A stretch of 64,000 bases of DNA from Schizosaccharomyces osmophilus (lineage: Eukaryota), in assembly GCF_027921745.1 (NCBI RefSeq), contig NC_079240.1:1674001-1738000 (forward strand), given 5' to 3'. A program made the translations under genes and the position numbers. Position 1 is the stretch's first letter. Every line of letters begins with the position of its first letter. Below the pieces are notes generated by a model. It ran no database searches and was not told the DNA's origin. It saw nothing but the letters and a program-made list of their open reading frames with translations. Below, in pieces: positions 46,127 through 56,733 of the stretch.

Positions 46127-48109
46127 GATGGAAGGGTAGGAAAAAGAACTTTTTGTAATTCGAAGGAAAGAAAGTCAAAAATTCGTCCTTTTCGGTGGTT
46201 TTAATCTTCGCTCCCTGTTCGTATACCAATCCAATCAATGGTTTCGATAAACCAAAATGAAACACTGCAAGGATACAATCCAATCCAATCCAATCCAAAC
46301 CGATCCACTATTGTTTACTTTTATTTCAATTCAAATAGGCTCCACTCAGCAGAGAAAATCAACAACAACAACAACAACAAAAAAAGACAAGAGATGACAA
46401 GAGAGTGTGACGGTGAAAATACAAAGATGAATTGCTTTTTCAAATAAGCGTATCATCTTGCTTTTTTATATTTGCCCTAGATTTTCGTCTGATTATCAAA
46501 AGTGATAAGCATGTTGGTGTTACCACCAACGAAGAAATCTTGTTCGGTGAAATCTTCTACGGCGAAGGAAATAGGTTATAAAGACATATGCAAAGAGCAA
46601 ATCAAAGAGTCAACCAAAGTAGCCAAGTGAAGAAAACGTCAGCTTTGGAGGAAGCTGTATCTTATCATGTTTCGGCCAAGGAGGCTATTCCCGGTAAGCA
46701 GGTTTGGTATGTAGAGAGGAGTGTAAAGTCCATAGTATTAAAATTAAAATTAAAATAAAAATAAAAAAAATTCAATAAAATATAATAAAAAATAAAAGAA
46801 AAAGAAAAAAAAACCAAAAAAAGGGAATGATTCTTCCAAGGAATCAATGGGAGTAACATTTGACAATTGGAAAGGAAATGTCTGATTGTCCAAAAGATCA
46901 AAAGTACCCATTCTGATTCTGTCAATTTCATTCACGCAAACATTTCCAAGACACATCGCATCCTAAAACCAACCTGCAGACACAATCAAATCCTTAAACC
47001 AACGCATTCATTCCATTCCATCTTCCTCCTCTTGGAATTGTTTACCTTTTTTGAATAACCTCATTAGGATTATCCATGCCAAGATCATTCGTAATACTTC
47101 GTAATAAGATTTGGCCGACGCAAACCAACGATATTGTATCGTCTTAAACAAACAGGGACAGACGATATTTGGTTTTAGGGCCTCTCACTAGTGACAGTTC
47201 CTTCTCTACCCACACTCTATAGTTGCTTCATAGTACGGTGCCTATCGTTCTCCTACCGAAACCGTCAATACGGGACTTGCTTTCCACCTCGATATTTACC
47301 TCCATCCCGCCCTTGCCAAGACGTAGTGGGGGTATCGGTAAACATGGGTCCATCCTACTGAGGATTTAATTTGTTTGTTTGTTTTTGTTTATTATAGAAA
47401 ATGTATCGTTTGTCATACAGTTGTTTTTTCTTTTTCATCCATTCCTACAAACGTTCCTATGGTAGCATATATCTCCTAGGAAGGACCATCGTGTATTGGA
47501 GGTCCTTTTTCTGGATGCTGTTATTTTTCAGTTTTCCCCTTTGTTTGAATTGATAATTTATCATTGTTTTCTGATGTGAAGTTTTTCATGCCATAATTGT
47601 CATCCAAAGGGCATCAAACGATCCTAGGTGAATTTCCAATACTTCCTTTCAAACTGATTTTTCCAAACATCTCCTGACCTTGTACCATTCGTACCAACAA
47701 CTCACCGCTTTTCCATTTTCCATCCATTTTCCATCGTAGTCAATCATAAGTCGAATCTATCCTCTCTTCTTCTTCTTCGTTCTTGTTACCAATTGTGCCC
47801 GAAAGCTCAAACTTGTGTCTTTTCTCCTCTGATCAGTACATTTTTTGCGTGTTTGTTTACTATCGGAAATCATTAATCGTCTGTTATACTCCGATTAGCC
47901 ATTTCGCTTCCTAGTGGTACCAACCTTACCACTCCGCAACGTGCCACCTTAATCATCTTGTTTGGTTTTCTTTAGACATAATCCCACTTGACTTTTACCA
48001 ATCTTCACCACCTTATTTTGGCAATTCTACGTCCTATTTGCGGGTGCTCTTGATTTATTGTATTTTCACCATCTTTACCTCCGTTGCAAAAATCTACAGG
48101 TTTTAAATA

Positions 48110-49574
48110 ATGAGAGCCTGGCTTCAATCCAAGTATGTACGAAACTGGCTCTTTTTATGAGCTGGATTGCTTAGCGGTATTTGAAACATATTGAGAAACA
48201 AACTTTACAGAAACATATGCTTTATCTTTTTTTTTTTTTTTGGCGATGATTCTATCCTCCTTGCCGACCTTGTATTTTTTTAACTGAATGCTCTCCGTTC
48301 TTCTGATGCTCTTTAGCAAAACGAACTGGTTTTTCTAGTTTTGTTTTCTCTTATATTTCTCTATATTTGGCATCTTGTTTCACAAACTTACTAACCCTCC
48401 GTCTAGTATATCATACTTAACAGGTACTACGGAACCTGTTTACGGCGCTGAGGCAATTCAGCCCGTCACCGCTACCGTACAAGGTGTTAATCCCTATCAT
48501 ACCTTGGATGAGGATGATTACCGGTGGTCCACTCCTTCTACTAGCCATGTTGAAACCCAAGTCTTTTATATTCGTCCCAAGAATAGCAATCTCATGTGCT
48601 TTGTTCAATTGATTCATTCTAACTTAGGGTATGCACTTTCCCCTCGTAAAAACACTTGTGCTAATTTTCTTTTTAGTTCTTGGACTACTACAGCTCAATC
48701 TACATGTCGGATTTTCGATATTGATAATCCCGAAAATGATTTATGGACTTCCACTAACTTGGACCAATTCAGTTTCGAAAACGATCGTACCTGCTTCAGA
48801 GCTGCTAATATTTCAATCGATCTTGAAGGAAACCATACCTATAGAATCCGTTCATCCGTAAATATGGACTCTATTATCGATATCGTTATTCATCAAGAAA
48901 GTCCTCCTTTCAAGATTGGTGAGAGCGGTACTAGCAACTATGGTACCGATCCCACCAAGCCTTGGGCTAGCATGAAGCACGTCTTCTGGCCTCGTACTCG
49001 TGTTGAGGGTAACATTGTATCAAAAGGTAAGGTGATTGATGTTAGCGGTAGTGGTTTATTTGTTCATGCTTTACAAAACGGAAAGCCTCAGCATCTGGCT
49101 TCTTCATGGGAATTTGCTCTCTTGCAAAACCCTAGATATACCGGTGTTATGATGCAATTCAAAACTCCTCCAAGCTATGGATCTACAATCGTTAATGTGG
49201 GTGGTCTCGTGACGAACGATAAAGTTTTGGCCGTGACCGTCGACAACACCATTGATCATGTGGATGTGACAACGGATCCAGAAACAGAATGGCCCGAGCC
49301 TACTCGTATAGCGTATGACTGGGTGGGTAAGGATGCAGAAACTTATCAAAAACCCGTGCATTTATCAGTTGACGCTCCCTTGGGTAGACGTTTACAGCGT
49401 ATTGATGTTCTTTCTGAAATTCCCACATGGCTTCGTGGTTTTGTCCATAATGTGTCTGGAACAAAACCTTTTATTTACCAATACTTAACTCCTGTTACTC
49501 TCAAACTAAATATTGATGGTGAGGAGATTGAAGAAAAGGCTACCCTGTTTAATGAAACCACATTTATTTCTTAA
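48110..49574 (+). CDS. svf1: Svf1-family (lipocalin-like survival factor) protein; exons 48110-48132, 48407-48628, 48677-49574; 380 aa
   Basis: VETQVFY, Q.IHSNLG, MKHVFWPR, ALQNGKPQH.AS.W, DVLSEIP, GTKPFIYQY, ETTFIS motifs. Exon 1 encodes MRAWLQS with a GTATGT donor. Confidence 0.9.
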
Positions 49575-50970
49575 ATTCTAAATGTGATATTTTCTAAAAA
49601 ATCTAATATGTTTTTTCTTCATTTATTATTCTGGCGCATTCTGGGTCAATTCAAGAAGTCTAAAACAACGGCTTATTATATAATACTTTCTAAAAAGTTT
49701 CGGATGTTTTTTTTTGTTGCCATTGAAACGCATCCGGGTTAGTGTGCATATTTCCTTCGCTCGTTTATATTTACGATAGGATCATGTTTTTGCATATTTT
49801 CATTTTTTCAATTTGAAATGATTGTTAGTTCGGATCAAGTAAACTGCATTCATTTTCTCGACAAGATTTTCGTTGGATAAAATATAAAACCTTTGGTTTC
49901 TGAATTATATCTGGATTTTATTTTAATAAGTTTACTAGGTTGCATTGTTTTGTCCACAACTTTCCTTAGATTTGAAACGCATTAATTATTAATAGTGTAT
50001 TGTTTTTAAGAGTTCTTGTCCTTGTTTTGTCCATTGGTTTATTCGTTCATTAGGTGAAAGTATTGGATTAGGAATTCAGCTCAGCTGCATGTAGTAATAT
50101 TGGTTTGTAATTCATTTGCAGAAGCCGCTAGGATTATCGGATGAACAAGTTTTGCTTATGCTCTAACATGCTTATCGAAAATGGCTTCTTGAAAAGGTGA
50201 TTATTAAATTTGGCACAGGTTGCTATGTGAGCATGCTTTTTCCGCTCCTTTTGATATTGCTGAGCTATTATTTGCTTTACTTGCTTTATGTTAAAACTAA
50301 GGCACTTTTACCTCGTTTGTTTATGCGCCAAGTCGGTCAGAATTAGTGTATTTGAAGGGTCAAATTCTCATCATTAGTAACTCCTCAGAGTTTTGGAAGA
50401 GTACCTTGAATAATTTCTTAAGCCCTTGAGGCTCCAGCGAACGAATTTACAAAACAAACTTTATGCCACATTAAAAAGATAAAACTAGCTGGTTCAGAAA
50501 ATTAAGCCGAGTATAATAATATTAAAGAAAAAAGTAACTATTTGAAAATAGGAACAAATTGTCTGAAATGAATGAAACGACCTATGCAAAATTAAAATTA
50601 CGCCTTCTATACGACACTTTACCGTATCCATCAACAAATTCAAGAAAGGACTAATAGGGAGGTAAAAGGAAAATAGAAAGACTGAAGTCTTTATTTTTTA
50701 TGATCTTTCGGCATTTTTTCACAGCGTATTTCATAATATAAAAGGTCTTTCTCATGGAGTAAAATGTGCACTTCATACCTTGCATGTTGAGACTTTCTTT
50801 TCAGTTCAAGTGACACAACGTCTAGTTCATTTAAATTAGGACTTCCTCTTTGATTTTCTATACCATAAAAATAAAGACGCCAACTCCGTGAAGGTGAGAA
50901 ATTATCAAACTTCCACAATTGAATTGTATGCGACGAGATACATGGTCTTCATCACATTAGCTACATAACA

Positions 50971-53900
50971 ATGAAAGAACTAAAATCATTACAGGTTCTA
51001 AGGGAATATCAGCGAGATATCTTGCACACTGCAAAGAAGCAAAACACCTTGTTAGTCATGGCAACTGGTGCCGGTAAAACATTGTTAGCTGTGAAGTTAA
51101 TTAAAGAAAAACAGGAGAAGCAGTTGCTAGAAGGAGCCCAACATCAAAAGCGTTTATCGGTGTTTCTTGTTAATACGGTTCCATTGGTCATACAACAAGC
51201 TGATTATTTAAAATCACAGCTTCCATTTCGCATAGGCGCATTTTATGGGGAGATATCGCTAGAAATGTGTGAAGAGCTTTTTCACAGTATCGTGTTGAAT
51301 TATGAAATAATTGTTATTACAGCCGATCTGTTCTACCTGTGCTTGGCGCGAGGCTTCCTATTAATTTTTGATTTTGACATTCTTGTTTTTGATGAATGCC
51401 ATCATGCTATAAAAAACCATGCATACGCTCGCATCCTGATAGACTTCTACCATGTCGCCAAAGCAGCAACAACACTTGAAAAGCAGCTCCCAACCATTTT
51501 TGGCATGACAGCTTCACCGTACACTGGGAAGGCTCGAAATCCGCTAAAGAGAATTTTCGAGTGGGAGGAATTATTCAATGCCAAAGCTTACGTGGTATCA
51601 AATCATCGTCTTTCCCAGCATATCCCTATGACAAAAGAATTCGTTGTCCCTTACAAAAATCTGCTAATTGATGCATCTAAAAATCCTATCATAAATAAGT
51701 GTGAAACAGTTTTTTCAGGTTGCAAGTATGTGATGAGGTCATGTAAAGCCGCACAATGCGAGATTATAGAATTAGGCGTTTGGTTTGGTGAACAAGTCTG
51801 GCAGTTCTTAGTTGAAGAACTTTTAAGAAAACAGTCAAGAAAAAGTTTTGACGGAAAGTTATCGATCGAGGATAATGTGTGCATTAAGAGCTTCATAACT
51901 GAGGTAGAGAAGTGGTCGCAACAACAATTGACGTTATTTTCTGGGTTTAGAGCTCCCAAGTTAGATGGAAATGACACGAGCAATAAAGTATTGACACTTT
52001 TGGAATTCCTCGAAAACTTCTATAGAGACAATGATACATATAGAACAATGATTTTTGTTGAACGAAAAGTGACGGCTTATTCTCTTACAAGGTTTTTACG
52101 GAAACTGAAAAAAGACACCGGAAGACTGAGAAATATTCGTCCTTTTCCATTCGTTGGACATGGAGATTCAGATGTAACAGCACTGTCTATGCACTTTCGT
52201 GAGCAAAGGAAAAACATTCATAACTTTAAGCAAGGTGTCTATAATATCCTCATTGCTACGTCCATAGCAGAAGAAGGAATAGACATCCCGACGTGTAACC
52301 TTGTAATTCGTTTTAATACTTGTCAATCCGTTACACAGTATGTGCAGTCGAAAGGACGGGCAAGGGCCGAAGATTCAAAGTTTATGCTTTTAGTAAACGA
52401 TATAGAACAAGCTCAGTATCAAAAGCTTCAAGATGAGGAGCGTATTTTGACAACCGCCTTAGAGAGTCTTGAATCTACTCGCGAATTAACCTCTCATGTT
52501 CTCGGCGATAATATCACAACACAGAACGATATTGTCAAGTATGAGATAGATGAAACTGGGGCTCTATTAATTGAGTTTTTGGCCGTAGGACTTCTATACC
52601 AGTATTGTAATACCTTGCCCTCTGACAGTGTTACTTTCCATTATCCTATATTCACTTGTATTTCAGCAGGTCAATCATTCATATATACGGTTCATCTACC
52701 AATTATTTGCAACATGCCTACTATACAAGGGTCTCCATCTGCTAATAGAAAGAAAGCGAAACGGTCAGCCGCCTTTTTGATGTGCGTGGAGCTCATTAAC
52801 CGTGGACTAATTAACAAGCATTTGCAACCTCTAGATTACCGAAACAAATTAGCGGATATGGAAGAAAGAGATGAAAAAGCTTTAAGAGATATTGAGCATG
52901 ATGAAGCCTTTGAACGTAAAATCCCCCAATGTTGGTTAAACGATGCCGAGCAATTCTTTGCTTGTAAACTATTTCCTGTATGTAAAGGTAAAATATTTCA
53001 ACCTTTGCTGTTCGTTCAGTCGCAGCGAATACCTGAATTCAATTTTATACGACTTCGTTCTAATTTTGATGAAGTTATTATCAAGTCAGAAGTATTAGAA
53101 ACTCCTTATATCATGGATGATGAACTAAAGTCTGACCTTCAATACTCTACCAAACGGCTTTTGGAACTCGGTTTGTCTTCTTTACTTAAAGTTACTGATT
53201 CCAATCGATCATATTGGATAGCCCCTTTAAATACGAAGTGTTCAAACAATCTTATTTTGAACGACCTTATCGACTGGTCAGCGGTGCGTAGTCTTTCTAG
53301 TAAAGTTCAAGTTGTCAAGGACATTACTATGCTTAAACCGCATTTATTGTTGATGTACGATCAGGAAAGCATTTTTGAGCTTTATTCCTTTGAATCCCTC
53401 GCTCGTCAGGATATGCAAGGATGTAGTATAGTTTGCAAAAGGATGCCTTTTAAACTAAACTACTCATTGAATAAAAAGCAATCCATGCAAATAAAAAAGC
53501 CAAGTACAAGCTTACGTCTAAATCAAGTATATCTTACCGGTTTGTCAAAGTATTTGAAAGAGTCGGCCTTACTTCTTCCTTCTATACTTTACCACATGGA
53601 AGCTCTTTTTTTAGCGTCTGAATTTGCAAGTAAACATGGCTTAAAATGTTCATTGCTAACCATGCTGCAAGCTTTATCGACTGAGGATGCTTCTATGGAT
53701 GACAATTACGACCGTTTAGAATTTTTGGGGGATTCATTTTTAAAAGTTTATGCCTCTTCTACTGTTTTTTTAAAATATACTCATGATCAAGAATACCAGT
53801 TGCATGTTCACCGCAAACAAATTATCAGCAATTACAATTTATATATGCATGCAAAAAAAATGGAAATATCACGCTTCGCATTATCCGAACCTATGGTCAT

Positions 53901-55023
53901 TCGCAAGTGGTGTCCCTTCGGCTTTTTGAGAGAGAACAAACATGGAAAGAACTATCCATCGTTTCAGCTATTATCAAAAAAAAGGTTAGCAGACTTGGTT
54001 GAATCCACTATTGGTGCTTGCATCTTGGACAACGGTGTTGACTCAGGGCTTGAATATTGTACAAATTTAGGTCTTGGGTTACTAGACGTGAAAAATTGGT
54101 CTGACTGGAATAACTTTTTAGACATTGACTTTTACGCGAGCTTGATTTCGTGTAAAGTGTTTCCTTATCACGAACACATTGAAGATGTCACTGGGTACAC
54201 TTTTAAAAATAAAGCAATTTTACATTTAGCTTTTATACATCCAACGATGTTGAGTTCAGGCGAGGTATCGGGATCTTATCAACAATTGGAGTTTCTTGGT
54301 GATGCAGTTCTGGAATATTTAGTCGTTCAGTACCTATTTCATAAATACCCTGAGTCATCTACTGGTGAATTAACCAATTTTAAGTCATTTTTCGTATGTA
54401 ATCATAGTCTTGCATACGTAGCTTTCTTACTTGGTTTGCACAAATACCTTGAATATGACAATTCCGAAATGTTTGGGTTAATTTATGAGTACCAGGAGAT
54501 GATTGAAGAAGCAAAATCAAATAAAGTCCCCTATTTTTGGCTTGAAGTGGATCCTCCGAAGTTCATAGCTGATACTTTTGAGTCACTTATATGTGCCATT
54601 TATCTAGATTCTAAATTTTCCTTTGAAAGCCTTAGATTTGTATTACCGTTATTGGTTGATGTGCTTGGTGATCCTTTAGATTTACATAAAAAAAATCTGG
54701 TTTTAGCTAAAGTACATAAGCTTCTCAGTGCTCAAGGATGCTCAGATTACAAAGTTGCCCACAAGGAAGAACTGGAAATAAGAGAAGATGAAAATTTCAA
54801 ATTGAAACGAGAGAGCTATATATATCACACCGTTTCATTCATTCGGCATGATAATGTTGTATGCTTAGGCACCTCTCGAAAACTAAGTAGTGCGAAAATT
54901 AGTATGAAAAATAAACTAAAAGGATTACTCGATAAGAACTCTAATTTACTGCTATACTCTTGTGATTGTGCTTTTAAAGCGACGGACTGTGTAAAAACTG
55001 AAAGTGGTTCACCAGAGGGATAG
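50971..55023 (+). CDS. dcr1: Dicer, 1350 aa
   Basis: TGAGKT, DECHH and TAS helicase motifs; EEGIDI..C and QSKGRAR; RNase IIIa RLEFLGDSFLK..ADLVES; RNase IIIb QLEFLGDAVL..ADTFES; C-terminal dsRBD with C..H..CxC. Confidence 0.98.
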   Translation: MKELKSLQVLREYQRDILHTAKKQNTLLVMATGAGKTLLAVKLIKEKQEKQLLEGAQHQKRLSVFLVNTVPLVIQQADYLKSQLPFRIGAFYGEISLEMCEELFHSIVLNYEIIVITADLFYLCLARGFLLIFDFDILVFDECHHAIKNHAYARILIDFYHVAKAATTLEKQLPTIFGMTASPYTGKARNPLKRIFEWEELFNAKAYVVSNHRLSQHIPMTKEFVVPYKNLLIDASKNPIINKCETVFSGCKYVMRSCKAAQCEIIELGVWFGEQVWQFLVEELLRKQSRKSFDGKLSIEDNVCIKSFITEVEKWSQQQLTLFSGFRAPKLDGNDTSNKVLTLLEFLENFYRDNDTYRTMIFVERKVTAYSLTRFLRKLKKDTGRLRNIRPFPFVGHGDSDVTALSMHFREQRKNIHNFKQGVYNILIATSIAEEGIDIPTCNLVIRFNTCQSVTQYVQSKGRARAEDSKFMLLVNDIEQAQYQKLQDEERILTTALESLESTRELTSHVLGDNITTQNDIVKYEIDETGALLIEFLAVGLLYQYCNTLPSDSVTFHYPIFTCISAGQSFIYTVHLPIICNMPTIQGSPSANRKKAKRSAAFLMCVELINRGLINKHLQPLDYRNKLADMEERDEKALRDIEHDEAFERKIPQCWLNDAEQFFACKLFPVCKGKIFQPLLFVQSQRIPEFNFIRLRSNFDEVIIKSEVLETPYIMDDELKSDLQYSTKRLLELGLSSLLKVTDSNRSYWIAPLNTKCSNNLILNDLIDWSAVRSLSSKVQVVKDITMLKPHLLLMYDQESIFELYSFESLARQDMQGCSIVCKRMPFKLNYSLNKKQSMQIKKPSTSLRLNQVYLTGLSKYLKESALLLPSILYHMEALFLASEFASKHGLKCSLLTMLQALSTEDASMDDNYDRLEFLGDSFLKVYASSTVFLKYTHDQEYQLHVHRKQIISNYNLYMHAKKMEISRFALSEPMVIRKWCPFGFLRENKHGKNYPSFQLLSKKRLADLVESTIGACILDNGVDSGLEYCTNLGLGLLDVKNWSDWNNFLDIDFYASLISCKVFPYHEHIEDVTGYTFKNKAILHLAFIHPTMLSSGEVSGSYQQLEFLGDAVLEYLVVQYLFHKYPESSTGELTNFKSFFVCNHSLAYVAFLLGLHKYLEYDNSEMFGLIYEYQEMIEEAKSNKVPYFWLEVDPPKFIADTFESLICAIYLDSKFSFESLRFVLPLLVDVLGDPLDLHKKNLVLAKVHKLLSAQGCSDYKVAHKEELEIREDENFKLKRESYIYHTVSFIRHDNVVCLGTSRKLSSAKISMKNKLKGLLDKNSNLLLYSCDCAFKATDCVKTESGSPEG

Positions 55024-55068
55024 GATATACGCGGAAAATTTCCTTAATGAATTTTCACAGATTTCCAC

Positions 55069-56261
55069 TTATTTCTTTTGATTCAATCCCTTATAGTTCC
55101 GGAGTGCATCTAGTTGAGTTTCAAGAATGCGCACTTTGTCGTGATATTCAGCTAGTTCATCGTTTAAATCATCGCGAACAACTGTAAGTTTTTCTTCTCT
55201 CTCCTTAAATGTATTCTCGAGTTCTACCGACTTTTCTTCAAGCTTCTTCTGAATAAGTGCTTTTTCCTCGTTTAAGCGTTCGTAATGTGCTTTTCTAAGC
55301 TTCGGTATGCCACTTTTTCTATTTATCAATTGCTCCTGACGATAGCGTTCATAAATCACTTGCTCTGTGGATTGTATTAATTCAAGCATATGATTATTTA
55401 TCATGAGGTTTTTCAATTTTAAAAAGTCACCGTGATCCTCGTTTTCGATTTCTGACATTCCCCAAGGATATTTGCGACCGATTTTACCTTCATTCTCATC
55501 GTTTATAGCGTCCATACTTGCAACGATTGCGAATGGGCAGGCCTGAGAAAGATCTCTCGCGATTTCGTCAGCAGAGTATACTGCTGAAGGGAAAAATAAA
55601 CTAATGTTTTGAGCGTGTAGGATCTTGTTCATTTTTTCTTTAAGGCTGTCCAATTCAAATTTGGTTAAAGAGTCTGCTTTAGCGATGACCGGGATAATGT
55701 TTACATGCTTCGATAGCTTTTTCATCGCTACGACGTCTAAGGGTAGCATGCCATAAGGAACTGGTTTTATGAAATATAGACAAACATGGACTCTGTTGTC
55801 CTTTCTTTGCATCCTTAATGATTGTTGGTCATGTAATAGATATTTTTCATGCTGGTCATCTAAGTAGTCAGCTACTACTTCCCAGCAATCCTTGTTGTTT
55901 ATAAAGTCCCCAAAGCCTACGGTATCGAGGACCGTCAGGTTAAGTCGAAAGTCATCTTCTTCAATAGTAGCTTTCGTCTTATCTATATGGACTTCCTTCT
56001 GCTTGTGCACCTTTTTGAAGTTATCAACCGACTTGGGTGGCTTTACCAAGCTAGAAAACAAATTATTGCAGAAAGTGGTTTTGCCGGTTCCCGAGCTTCC
56101 ACAAAGCATGACGGTGAAATAGCATTCTTCTTTCTTTATGAATGTCTCTCTAATGTGTTATGAAAACTTAGTATAATGATCTTTTGAATAAAATAATCTT
56201 ACCTGTCTGACGGTAAACTCGTTTGATTGAAGAGCAGTTGAGGGTTTTCTACAAGCGGCAT
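55069..56261 (-). CDS. spn6: Sporulation septin; exons 56261-56203, 56149-55069; 379 aa
   Basis: Septin G1 GSSGTGKT, G3 DTVGFGD, G4 AKAD, GRKYPWG and a coiled-coil tail. A 53-nt intron splices in frame. FLEX sites upstream. Confidence 0.9.
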
Positions 56262-56361
56262 TTTACTTATAAAATCTAATCAGTGAACGATTAAAAAAAT
56301 GAATCTTTTGTCAATTCGATCTTGGTTGATGATTGCTGGCAATTGCTAAGTTTAGTTCTGT

Positions 56362-56396
56362 GTAAACAGAAAATATCAAGCATATGTAAACAAACA
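56362..56396. promoter_or_regulatory. Two FLEX/forkhead (Mei4/Fkh2) sites upstream of spn6: GTAAACA (56362-56368) and GTAAACAAACA (56386-56396)
   Basis: Matches to the FLEX consensus 100-135 bp upstream of a middle-meiotic septin gene. Confidence 0.75.
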
Positions 56397-56733
56397 AATA
56401 GAGGTCTCATTTTGTGACTCCGGAAAACAAACTGATGTATGAAACTATCTCAAATACAAAGAAAAATAAATAAACAGGAGCGTTAAATTTGCTAATGTAG
56501 TACGTTGTCTAATACTTGGTAACTCACGAGAAAGTATTCAATCTAATGAGAGCTTCATGTTTTCGTAAATACAGAACTCTTGCATTATCTATAATTTCAC
56601 TCTTTTTTTTAACGATTGTTTGCAATTCATCAAAAATAAATCACGATTTATTATGAAATGCTCGATAAAGCCCATTAGTCCACTAGCCATAGCATATTAT
56701 ATACAAATCATTAATAAACTTCAAAAGTAAGTT

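Noticed and set aside
49575..50970. 1.4-kb svf1-dcr1 gap as a hidden gene, LTR or RNA gene
   Set aside because: No credible ORF, no TG..CA LTR, tRNA or 5S signature; a lone C-box-like motif near 50370 lacks a suitable terminal D box.
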